64,000 nt of DNA from Mobula hypostoma (Eukaryota). A program made the translations under genes and the position numbers. The stretch is from contig NC_086108.1 of assembly GCF_963921235.1 (NCBI RefSeq), forward strand, positions 113,772,001 to 113,836,000. The letters are read 5' to 3'. Shown here one piece after another: positions 25,365-37,399 of the stretch; position 1 is the first letter of the stretch; each line of letters starts with the position of its first letter. The notes below the pieces were generated by a model. It searched no databases. It saw only the letters and a program-made list of their open reading frames with translations, and was not told where the DNA came from.

Positions 25365-28300
25365 TGTTACGTGCTCAAGGAGATCTGTGATTTTTTTTTG
25401 GAAGAATGATGTAATGGTCTTTTGGAGGTCACCTGATGCAATTTTCCCGCCGATGTGAGGTCACCTGATGACATGTACACTATGGGTATTATAAGGGTCG
25501 ACCCCAGATGACGCAGTTAGTTTTTTAGTTTGTAGATTTCCAGGTAGAATGTGCTGTGTCTCTGTTTCTGTTGCGTGTTTGTTTTTATGACACAGTTTCA
25601 TTTTTAAAACGGAGCGTTGCGTTCTGTTGCAAGATATAATATTATTGGATTGGAAATTTTTGCTAGATGTGCTGATTTACCCTATTCCAGTAGTAGTCGG
25701 GGGAGTAAAGACTTTATCGAAGTACAGAACTCGAAGGATTGAATGGAGTCGGCATCATGTGGCAGTTTAACAAAGGATCGACCTTATTGAGTCCTCATTG
25801 AAGGAGTAGCGACCTGCATCGAGATAACTCTTGCCAAAAGAGAAAAGAGTTCATGCAAAGGTTTGCTCTCTCTAAAAGAAATTTATAGTCAGTTGTTTTA
25901 AACTGTTTATTCACTGCATCGTGAATCCTTTAGACAGAACCAGCAGGGAAGTCACGTCAATGAAGAAATTCCTCTCCAGAGAAGTCTGTCCCAATTGAAT
26001 GTATAAATCTGTTGCACTTTTGAATTTACCATTTTAAGAACTATATCTCACCTTATCGTTTTAAGAACTGTTTTCGCATTTAACGCTTTAAGAACCAATG
26101 CCGAGTGACGATTTGGTGAACAGCTGCATAACGGTTAACTTTCTGTTAAAGATTTCGTTTGATTTTTCCTTACTGTTTATCCATGTTTAATAAATGTTTG
26201 GTTGTTTTTATATAGAACATAGAACATAGAATAGTACAGCACAGTACAGGCCCTTCGGCCCACAATGTTGTGCCGACCCTCAAACCCTGCCTCCCATATA
26301 AGCCCCCACCTTAGATTCCTCCATATACCTGTCTAGTAGTATCTTAAATTTCACTAGTGTATCTGCCTACACCACTGACTCAGGCAGTGCATTCCACGCA
26401 CCAACCACTCTCTGAGTAAAAAACCTTCCTCTAATATCCCCCTTGAACTTCCCACCCCTTACCTTGAAGCCATGTCCTCTTGTATTGAGCAGTGGTGGCC
26501 TGGGGAAGAGGCGCTGGCTATCCACTCTATCTATTCCTCTTATTATCTTGTACACCTCTATCATGTCTCCTCCCATCCTCCTTCTCTCCAAAGAGTAAAG
26601 CCCTAGCTCCCTTAATCTCTGATCATAATGCATACTCTCTAAACCAGGCAGCATCCTGGTAAATCTCCTCTGTACCCTTTCCAATGCTTCCACATCCTTC
26701 ATATAGTGAGGTGACCAAAACTGGACACAGTACTCCAAGTGTGGCCTAACCAGAGTTTTATAGAACTGCATCATTACATCGTGACTCTTAAACTCTATCC
26801 CTCGACTTATGAAAGCTAACACCCCATAAGCTTTCTTAACTACCCTATCCACCTGTGAGGCAACTTTCAGGGATCTGTGGACATGTACCCCGAGATCCCT
26901 CTGCTCCTCCACACTACCAAGTATCCTGCCATTTACTTTGTACTCTGCCTTGGAGTTTGTCCTTCCAAAGTGTACCACCTCACACTTCTCCGGGTTCAAC
27001 TCCATCTGCCACTTCTCAGCCCACTTCTGCATCCTATCAATGTCTCTCTGCAATCTTTGACAATCCTCTGCACTATCTACAACACCACCAACCTTTGTGT
27101 CGTCTGCAAACTTGCCAACCCACCCTTCTACCCCCACATCCAGGTCGTTAATAAAAATCACGATAAGTAGAGGTTCCCGAACAGATCCTTGTGGAACACC
27201 ACTAGTCACAATCCTCCAATCTGAATGTACTCCCTCCACCACCACCCGATGCCTTCTGCAGGCAAGCCAATTCTGAATCCACCTGGCCAAACTTCCCTGG
27301 ATCCCATGCCTTCTAACCTTCTGGATAAGCCTACCGTGTGGAACCTTGTCAAATGCCTTACTAAAATCCATATAGATCACATCCACTGCACTACCTTCAT
27401 CTATATGCCTGGTCACCTCCTCAAAGAACTCTATCAGGCTTGTTAGACACGATCTGCCCTTCACAAAGCCATGCTGACTGTCCCTGATCAGACCATGATT
27501 CTCAAAATGCCTATAGGTCCTATCTCTAAGAATCTTTTCCAACAGCTTTCCCACCACAGACGTAAGGCTCACTGGTCTATAATTACCAGGACTATCCCTA
27601 CTACCTTTTTTGAACAAGGGAACAACATTCGCCTCCCTCCAATCCTCCGGTACCATTCCCGTGGACAACGAGGACATAAAAATCCTAGCCAGAGGCTCAG
27701 CAATCTCTTCTCTCGCCTCGTGGAGCAGCCTGGGGAATATTCCGTCAGGCCCTGGGGACTTATCTGTCCTAATGTATTTTAACAACTCAACACCTCCTCT
27801 CCCTTAATATCAACATGCTCCAGAACATCAACCTCACTCATATTGTCCTCACCATCATCAAGTTCCCTCTCATTGGTGAATACCGAAGAAAAGTATTCAT
27901 TGAGGACCTCACTCACTTCCACAGCCTCCAGGCACATCTTCCCACCTTTTTCTCTAATCGGTCCTACCTTCACTCCTGTCATCCTTTTTTTCTTCACATA
28001 ATTGAAGAATGCCTTGGGGTTTTCCTTTACCCTACTCGCCAAGGCCTTCTCATGCCCCCTTCTTGCTCTCCTCAGCCCCTTCTTAAGCTCCTTTCTTGCT
28101 TCCCTATATTCCTCAATAGACCCATCTGATCCTTGCTTCCTAAACCTCATGTATGCTGCCTTCTTCCACCTGACTAGATTTTCCACCTCACTTGTCACCC
28201 ATGGTTCCTTCACCCTACCATTCTTTATCTTCCTCACCGGGACAAATTTATCCCTTACATCCCGCAAGAGATCTCTAAACATCGACCACATGTCCATAGC

Positions 28301-30307
28301 ACATTTCCCTGCAAAAACATCATCCCAATTCACACCCGCAAGTTCTAGCCTTATAATTTGCCTTTCCCCAATTAAAAATTTTCCTGTCCTCTTTGATTCC
28401 ATCCTTTTCCATGATAATTATAAAGGCCAGGGAGCGGTGGTCACTTTCCCCCAGATGCTCACCCACCGAGAGATCTGTGACTTGACCCGGTTCATTACCT
28501 AGTACTAGATCTAGTATGGCCTTCCCCCGGGTCGGCCTGTCCACATACTGTGACAGGAATCCATCCTGGACACACTTAACAAATTCTGCCCCATCTAAAC
28601 CCTTGGAACTAATCAGGTGCCAATCAATATTAGGGAAGTTAAAGTCACCCATGATAACAACCCTGTTATTTTTGCACCTTTCCAAAATCTGCCTCCCAAT
28701 CTGCTCCTCTGTATCTCTGCTGCTACCAGGGGGCCTATAGAATACCCCCAATAGAGTAACTGCTCCCTTCCTGTTCCTGACTTCCACCCATATTGACTCA
28801 AAAGATGATCCTGCTACATTACCCACCCTTTCTGTAGCTGTAATATTATCCCTGACCAGTAATGCCACCCCTCCTCCCCTTTTTCCGCCCTCTCTATCGC
28901 TTTTAAAGCACTGAAATCCAGGAAAATTGAGAATCCATTCCTGCCCTGGTGCCAGCCAAGTCTCTGTAATGGCCACTACATCATAATTCCATGTATGTAT
29001 CCAAGCTCTCAGTTCATCACCTTTGTTCCTGATGCTTCTTGCATTGAGGTACACACATTTCAGCCCTTCTACCTTACTGTCTTTACACCGTTTATTCTGC
29101 TTCTCTTTCCTCAAAGCCTCTCTGTATGTTAGATCTGGCTTTACTCCATGCACTTCTTTCACTGCTCTATCGCTCTGGGTCCCATCCCCCTCGCAAATTA
29201 GTTTAAACCCTCCCGAACCATGCTAGCAAACCTACCTGCAAAGATATTGCTCCCCCTCGAGTTCAGGTCTAACCCATCCAATCTGTACAGGTCCCACCTT
29301 CCCCAGAAGAGATCCCAATGATCTAAAAATCTAAAACCCTGCTCCCTGCACCAACTCCTCAGCCACGCATTCAACTGCCATCTCCTCCAATTCTTACCAT
29401 CACTGTCACGTAGCACTGGCAGCAATCCTGAGAACGTCACCCTTGAGGTCCTGTTCTTCAGCCTTCTGCCTAATTCCCGAAACTCACACTTCAGGACCTC
29501 ATCCCTCTTCCTGCCTATGTCGTTGGTCCCAACATGTATCACGACTTCTGGTTGCTTTCCCTCTCGTACCAGGATGTCGTGCACCTGGTCAGAGACATCC
29601 TGGACCCTGGCACCCGGGAGGCAACAAACCATGTGGGTGTCCTTCTCACGTCCACAAAATCTCCTGTCTGCTCCCCTGACTATAGAGTCTCTAATGACGA
29701 CAGCTCTCCTCTGCTCCGTCCCACCCTTCTGTACCACCGGGTCAGACTCAGTGCCGGAGGCCCTGCCACCGTGGCTCACACCTGGTCGGTCGTCCCCGCC
29801 AACAGTATCCAGGATGGTAAACTTATTATTCAGGGGAATGGCTACAGGGGTGCTCTGCACTACCTGTCTGCTCACCTTCGCTTCCTCCCCTCTGACTGTC
29901 ACCCAACGACCTGCTTCCAACAGCCTAGGTGTGACTACCTCCCTGTAGCTCTCATCTATGACTGCCTCATTCTCCCTTATGAGTCGAAGGTCATCCAGCT
30001 GCTGCTCCAGATTCCTTACACGGTCTTCCAGATCGCCCAGCCTTATGCACTTCTGGCAGATGTGACTCTGCGGGAGAGGGGTGTTCCCCCAAGATTGCCA
30101 CATCTCACATGAGAGGCACATCACCGTCTCAGGAGACATTGTAAAAACTAACTGCGAGCTAGCTTGTCCTCCGCCTCTTCTCATCGAAGCCTCTCGAGTC
30201 AAAGCCTCAAAGCTCCACTCCTTCACTGGCCGACTCACACACTGGCCGCGTCGCTTGAGCTATATAACCTGTCTCGATCGATATTCATTGTTGCCGGTTA
30301 TGTAACA
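25365..30307. repeat. Solo LTR-like element split by a CR1
   Basis: TGTTAC...GTAACA inverted termini. The flanking Rex1 sequence is collinear across it. Confidence 0.6.
26215..30260 (-). mobile_element. Near full-length CR1 LINE (ORF1 zinc finger plus SGNH esterase; ORF2 EN-RT with frameshifts)
   Basis: ORF1 29198..30238 ('CLSCEMW...CQKC', 'VIRDSIVRG', 'HVGTND'); EN 28320..29162; RT 26367..27785 ('FADDTK'); (TTCTATG)n tail; possible TATATA TSD at 26209 and 30261. Confidence 0.92.
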
Positions 30308-31974
30308 GTTCGGATTGGCAACTCCACGATCTCCATAAACACAGTTGCACCACAAGGCTGTGTGATGAACCAGCATTAAGGAGGAAGATTAAAAGTCTAG
30401 CTGGATGGTGCCAGAACAACAGCCTCTCACTCAATGTCAGCAAGACCAAGAAGCTGATTAATGACTTCAGGAGAGGAAACCAAACGACCATGAGCCAGTT
30501 CTCAACAGAGGATCAGAGGTGGAGAGAGTCAGCAACTTTAAATTCCTTGGAGTTACTATTTCATAGGACCTGTCTTGAGCCCAGCATGTGAGAGCAATCA
30601 CAAGGAAAGCACAGCAGCACCACTACTTCTTAGGTGTTTACATAGATTCAGCATGACATCTAAAACTTCTGACAAACTTCTATATGTAGTGGAGAGTGTA
30701 CTGACCAGCTGCATGACAGCCTGGTATACCCTTCAGTAGAAAATCTACAAAAAGGTAATGGATACAGCCCAGTCCATCACGGGTAAAGCCCTCCCCACCA
30801 TTGAACACATCTACTTGAAGCGTTGTTGCAGGAAAGCAGCATCCATCATCTGGGATCCCTACCACCCAGAACATGCTCTCTTCCCATAGCTACCATCAGC
30901 AAGAAGGTACAAGAGCCTCAGGACTCACACTATCAGGTTCAAGAACTGTTGGTACCCTTCAACCATCAGACTCTTGAACCAAAGGGGATAACTTCACTCA
31001 ATTTCACTTGCCCCCTTGTTGAAACTCACTTTCAATGACTCATCATCTCATGTTCTCGATATTTATTGTTTATTCATTCAGTATTATTTCTTTCTTTTTG
31101 AATTTGCACAGGTTGGTGTCTTTTGCAACCAAGTTGATGCTGTCTTTCATTGATTCTATTATGGTTATTTTTCTATCATAGATTTATTGAGAATGCCCAC
31201 AAGAAAATGAATCTCAGAGTTGTACATGGTGACATCTACGTACTTTGATAATAAATTTACTGTGAACTTCGGACAAACCAGCTTAAGACAGAATCAGAAA
31301 GACTAAGAAGGTTTATGAAAACATTGTGATCTAAGGTATCAAATGCCGTGCTCAAAGTTCAGAGAAGAACTCATATGTAACCTGTGTCGGCATTCTGCCA
31401 CATGTCATTAACTAATTTAAACAATAGTTTCTGTACTATGGTTTGATCTAAAACCTGATTGATATTTGTCGAGAATAGAATTGTTTAATTGTCAAAAAAC
31501 TACTTTTTCTAAAATGTTACTTAGAAAAGGCAGGTTGGAAATAGGTCTAAAATTATCCAAAACACGACAGTCTAGATTATTTTTCTTAAGCAGGGGTTTA
31601 ACTACTGCAGTTTTAAGGAATCTGGGAAAATGCTAGAAACTAGTGAGCAATGTCGAGTGCACTGTCAACTAGCAGGTCAGAAACTTCTTTTCAAAAGTCC
31701 GTGGGAGTAGGATCAAGAACACAAGTAGATGATTTTCGCTGAGTAATTATTTCTCAAAGTTCAGGTAAACTGATTTTAGTAAAGGAGCTTAGTGCAGTGT
31801 GGGGCTCGTTGAGGTTTAACAAGGTTTATTCTTGAGTTTGTTTTATATAACATTTTATATTATTTATTTTTTTCTGTAAAAATGCAGCAAAACTATCACT
31901 TTCAGTCTCAGATGCTTTCAGCAACTACTTCATCAGTGGAGCTGAGTTTAATAGATGATCAATAGTTGAAAATA

Positions 31975-32547
31975 CAGGTCCACAATCCCTTATCCAAAAT
32001 TCTGAAATCCGAAAAGCTCCGAAAACCGAAGTTTTTTTTGTGGAGTGTGCAGCGTGTCATAACAAGGCTTGTTTGGTGCACCAAAAGCTGACGTCACTCA
32101 GGTGTGACGTGGCAGCACTGGCAGAGGCTGCCAGACATCAGATGTGGCTCAGCGGCCCTAATGGTTACACGTGCATTTGCTGTTCGCTGATATTTTGTGT
32201 TCACTGTTGACTTAGTGTTTAATTTCACTGTGAAAATGTCAAAAAGAGCTGCAGATACCCCTATGGGTAACAATGAGAAAAAGAGAAGGAAGCATCTGTC
32301 ATTATTAATAACGCAGAAAATATTCAGAGGGTTGGCTGCAGAAATTTAAGAAGCGTCATGGTGTAAAATATCTGAAAATCTGTGGTGAAAAAGCTTTTGC
32401 TGATCATAAATTCCCCCAGGTCCTAAAGTCCACCGCACTGAGACAGGTTAATTATCAATATAATTTTCAATTTTCTGAAATACAAAAAATTCTGAATTCC
32501 AAAGTGTAACTGGCCCCAAGGATTTTGGATAAGGGACTGTGGACCTG
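31975..32547 (+). mobile_element. Non-autonomous Tigger/pogo DNA transposon
   Basis: TIRs of about 26 bp (CAGGTCCACAATCCCTTATCCAAAAT), TA TSD, and a transposase remnant 'MSKRAADTPMGNNEKKRRKHLSL...SEGWLQKFKKRHG'. Confidence 0.85.
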
Positions 32548-33624
32548 TAATACTCTTGGATTACCTTCACTGTCACTCAGAATTTTAGAAAAGTATGACT
32601 GTCTCTCAAAACAAAGTGCTGTGTTGTATTTAGTTAAATGAGTCTTCAAGATTTTATAGTGAACTGTTAGTGAATCTTACTCCATTCACATTCAGCCCTA
32701 TAACACTCTCTTTTGAGTTTACAGACTGCTTGAGTTTTCCATGGTATTATAACAGTAGATGATTTCTTAATACATTTTTCAGGGGCTCTGTCAACCACTG
32801 CCCACAGTAGCATTAGATTCATTATTATTATTTAAAAGGCAAGCTGTGTTACAGTAAATGCTAAGTTCAGAATGACTATTAAGAATATTAGAAAACCTAG
32901 AAGCAGCTGTAGTATCAAAAAAAATTTCTTAGTTCAAGTAACAGATATTGTTACATTAAAGAAAATACAGAAATGACCTGAAATGCCGATGTCTAGGATG
33001 AGTCAGGTTAATGTTAAATCCTTTTGATACATCTAAATCTAATGTGTGGCCTCTCTTACATGTTGGCTGAGTGATATGACTAAAGCCAAAAGATTGCAGA
33101 GTTCATGAACTCTCTTGCTTTGGAGTCACACGGAACATCTACATGAAAATTGAAGTCACTTACTATTACAACTCTATCACAACTAGTTATTATTATAGAT
33201 AATAAATGATAAGTATGGGAGAATGCAGCATTTCCTTGAGTATCTATGGCAAGAAACTCAAAAGACACAAAGCTACCAAGCCTGATAGTTTTATAATTTA
33301 AATGGTTCATGAAAACATTTTCCAGGCCACTACCTTTACAAAATGAATGGACAAAATTATAATTCGTAGGGGCTGCTTCAATTCATACGGCAGCAGCATC
33401 ACTACTGGGAGTTAAACACAAAGTTAAACAGTCTATTTTTCTATCAGTAATAAACTCTTTTACATAAAATGTTTTATTAGCTTAAGTTCTAATATTAAGT
33501 AAAGCTATATTAAGAGTCTTAAAAAGATATGCTGCACTGAAAATTCAGGACGACTGGAAATATAAATTAAATTATTAGTATTTATACCAGGCTGTGTGCT
33601 TTCTTGCAGATCTATAATTTTAAC

Positions 33625-33894
33625 CTATTCTATGATCAATCTAACCCTTCCCTCCTACATAGTCCTTCATTTTTCTATCATCCATGTGCCTATCTAAGAG
33701 TCTCTTAAATGTCCTTAACGTACCTGCCCCTACCACCACCCCGGCAGTGTGTTCCACATATACACCACTCTCTGAAAAGAACCTACCTTTGACATCACCC
33801 TTATATTTTACTTCAATCTCTTTAATATTAAGCCCCCTCATAATAGCCATTTCCATCCTGGGAAAAAGTATCTGTCTGTGCACTATCTATGCTC
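33625..33894 (-). mobile_element. CR1 3' end fragment
   Basis: 'KYKGDVKGRFF...TFKRLLDRHMD'. Confidence 0.7.
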
Positions 33895-35239
33895 CTTTGC
33901 TGGTTTTATAATAAAGGATCAAATGTACTTTTTTCGGCTTGGAGCTCAGTTATTTGGAAGCGCATCATACAGTGTCAACTTTCAATCTTATAGCGATAAA
34001 AAAACAAACAAGACTAAATTAGCAATACAGCAAAATAGGAATAACTAGTGTTCAGATTTGCATAAACATAATTAATGAAATAGCATTCCAATTAGCAGTC
34101 AACATAAAATACAACTCCCAGCTCAAGCCTTCTCAACTACATTAGCCAACATAACTATTGTCGTTCGCTTCTACCACACCCAACCCACATGACAAATTAC
34201 CCAAAATAAATGTGTAACACAAAATACAATAGACAGAAAATAGATATATGGCTCCTATATCCCAGCCCCCAATTAATTAATTCACTATAATAATTACAAC
34301 TATATAATAACTAAAAATGAAATGTTCAAGGATAAACATTTATAAAAATGACCTCTTTCTTGTTCCATTTAAGTCATGCAACAGTCATCTAGGTCAGAGA
34401 TTACCAGCCCTTGGCCCAGTACAGAGTGATCTTTACCATCACTCTCTGTCAAGTCAGTAAGTCAAGTCTAAGTCATGAAGCTTCTCGAGCTGTAACTAGT
34501 CAAAGCTCTGCCTCCTGTAGAAGTCAGATCTTGGTCAATCCAGGCAGCTAGTCTTTGTCTTGATGCCACTTGCCGCACAAATGCTCTTCTGTCTGGAAAA
34601 CCTTGAATGACTCTCCCCATGATCCATGAGTTTCGAGGGGATGAGTCATCAACAATGTACAGTGTCTCCTGAAAGGAAATTCCGTTTTATACCTGACCAC
34701 TTCTGATGTTCCTGTAACTGTGGCAATTACTCATTGACCCACTATTTCTAAAACAAGCTTGACATGTATTGGACTTGCTTCCATCTATGATGAACATAAA
34801 TGTCTTCCTTATGAAACTCTCCTAGAGGTAAAGACGGTGAGGTCTTCTGAAGCAATAGATGCTTGGGTGTTAGTACTTCCAAATCATTAGGATCGATAGA
34901 TTCTTTAGTAATTGGATGACTGTCAATAATAGCCTCTACTTCACAATGGACTGCATGGAAACCCAGTTCATCAAGATTCTGTATCTTCATGGTGGAATTG
35001 AGGACTTTTTGCACAGGCCTAATCAATCTCTCCTATGTTCCTTCATGATGTGAACAACCCAGGGGATTTAAAATCCACTTAATTCCTTTCTGAAGAGGGA
35101 CATCACTGATCTGTGAATGATTCCATTTCTCAATGTCTTTTTACAACTCACACTCCACTCCAACAAAGTTTGTTGCATTATAAGAGCACAGTTCACCAAT
35201 CTGTCCTCATCTTGTTATAAGCCAAACTTTATATGAGGC

Positions 35240-35880
35240 AGAAGAAGATGGCAGCACAACACAGCACGCGCGGCTGTTCCGAATGATATCAATATGTGTA
35301 ACTAGAGGTGCCATGCACAATCCGGATTTGAAGGAGACAGCCATGAGAAGTGCAGAGGAACATCTGGAGTAACTTCTGAAATGCCTGCTTCGCTGCTGTT
35401 GCTACTGTGCAATCGAGAATCTCCGGAGGGGAAGGCCCCAAATACCTGGCTTTGCGTATCGCTTGTTGCCGGGGCCGGGGTCGAAACACTCGGCAGAGAT
35501 GGTGCTCAGAGCTCGGTGACAGGGGGTGGTCGGAGGCTCGGAGTTTTTCGGATAGACTCGGAGTCCGACTGTGGTCAGATGCTTCCGGGATACTGCATCG
35601 GCAAGTTGGAGGCACTAGAGGTTTACCGTCTGCGTGAGATGATGGGACTTTCAAGAGACTTTGAGACTTTTACTGTGCCATGGTCTGTTCTTATCAAATT
35701 ACGGTATTGCTTTGCACTGTTGTAACTATATGTTATAACTGTGTGGTTTTTGTTAGTTTTTAAGTTGGTTTGTCATGTGTTTTCATTATATTATTCTGGA
35801 AAAACATTTTATAATTTCTTAATGCATGCATTACTAAATGACAATAAAAGGAGACTGCGTATCCTCATAATCATAATCAC
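35240..35880 (+). mobile_element. Short non-autonomous LINE-derived element
   Basis: Starts AAGATGGC, is non-coding, and has a Rex1-like 3' UTR 'taaatgacaataaaag' with an (atcata)n tail. Related to 49328-52745. Confidence 0.6.
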
Positions 35881-37399
35881 AACTGCTGAAGTGCATTAGC
35901 AAAGGAATGTGTCTAATCAAGATGTTACTTCAATGTGATCCATTTGTATAGCTAGACTACTAAATATGACCTTATACCTCTTCATTGTACTCCTTCTGCT
36001 CTTCACCTCAAAATGTCCAAAGTAGTCCACTGCCACACATGTAAACAGAGGTTTGTCTCGAAATCGTCTTTGGCCAAACCCAGCAATCTTCATTTTAGCC
36101 TTTCTGAATTCCTCCACTGAGAAACAAGTTCGACCGATCTGACCTTCAGCCTTCTCAACATCCCTCTGCAAAGATTACTCTTGTTCTTCATCCAAGTCAG
36201 ACTGAGCAAGAGCAATGCTCAATTGCTTCCTCTTCCAACTAAGAAATGAGAGCAGATTCTTAAATCTAAGAATCCAGGCCACTGTCTTCCTTGAACAGTC
36301 TAAGGTGAGAAATGATGGATTATACTTGTTACTATGTCCACCTCCTCTTCAATCAGGACAGCACTCATTATAACCCTCCTCTTGACTTCCAGATCATCTA
36401 GCAGGAGTTCTACAGAACAATCAGGATTCACAAGTCATTCCCTTTCAAGCTGAAGATACTGAGGCCCTGACACCTAGGTTTCATTCTTCAGGAACGCTTT
36501 CACCTTTCAGCCCTCTGGAGGCCCCATCTGCTGGATTGCTTGAAGTGCTTACATACCTCCATTGAGATGCTTGTGAGACCTTAAAAATTTCTAAAGCTGT
36601 CTTTGCAACAAAGGTTCAGAACATGGAAGTTTCATTTTTGATATACTTCAGAACAGACGTATGATCTGTCCAAAAAAAGGAGTTATGAAGCTGCATGTGA
36701 AACTCCTTTTTCTACATTGTGCCCCTACAGCTCAAAAGTCCAAAGGTTCAAAGGTACATTTTATTGTCAAAGTATGCATATACAACTCTGATATTCGACT
36801 TCTCCAGATAGCCATGATAAAAGCACTGTGCATTGAGCGTACACGTTGTACAACAGGTACTCCATAGCCATCTTCGCTTGCATCTGTAAAGTGATGTAAC
36901 TGTGCAGCAGTAACAGCTACAAAATCCAGGAGCTTCAAACAACTAACAACTTTGAAGTCTTCCAACTGGCAGAGTTCTTCCAGCTAGCTTGTCAACTCAT
37001 AAGCAACAGATGTTGGTATAGTGTAAATCCAGCCAAGCTTTCCTACAAAGATCTTGTAGGATCTTCTTAGCAGATAGCACCACCGGAACCCAGATTCTTA
37101 AAAGATCATAGATAGAACTAACTGTGGAGAGGATTTCCCTTCTGATGAGTAGTCTACCTTGGATCATGATCTTAAACTTGAACATATCAGACAGAATACA
37201 TCATTGCACACCCAGTACTCTCTCCGCTGAAGAGCACTAATCTAAATCCAAATCCTTCATGTCTTTCATTTCTTTCCCTAAAGGTATCATGGCTAGAACA
37301 CAATATCTTTTGTGTATCCACTTTGTGAGGTGAAAGCTGCCTTTAGCACAAATGGATACAAGGTCATGACATAGAGACACTCCTTTTAAAAAGGAGACC

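Larger units (their letters stand above)
24205..31270 (+). mobile_element. Rex1/Babar-type LINE, degenerate, interrupted by an LTR and a CR1
   Basis: 'RVNPRK...VLKTCCDQLAGEFTGIFNLLL', 'PVALT', '[10 protein letters not shown]'. Resumes at 30308 with 'RIGNSTISINTVAPQGCV'. Confidence 0.75.
23060..33600 (-). mobile_element. Old L2-clade LINE, fragmented by nested insertions
   Basis: 3' part 23060-24200 ('[15 protein letters not shown]', '[10 protein letters not shown]'); 5' part about 31270-33600 with endonuclease remnants ('VIVSDFNFHVD'). Confidence 0.7.
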
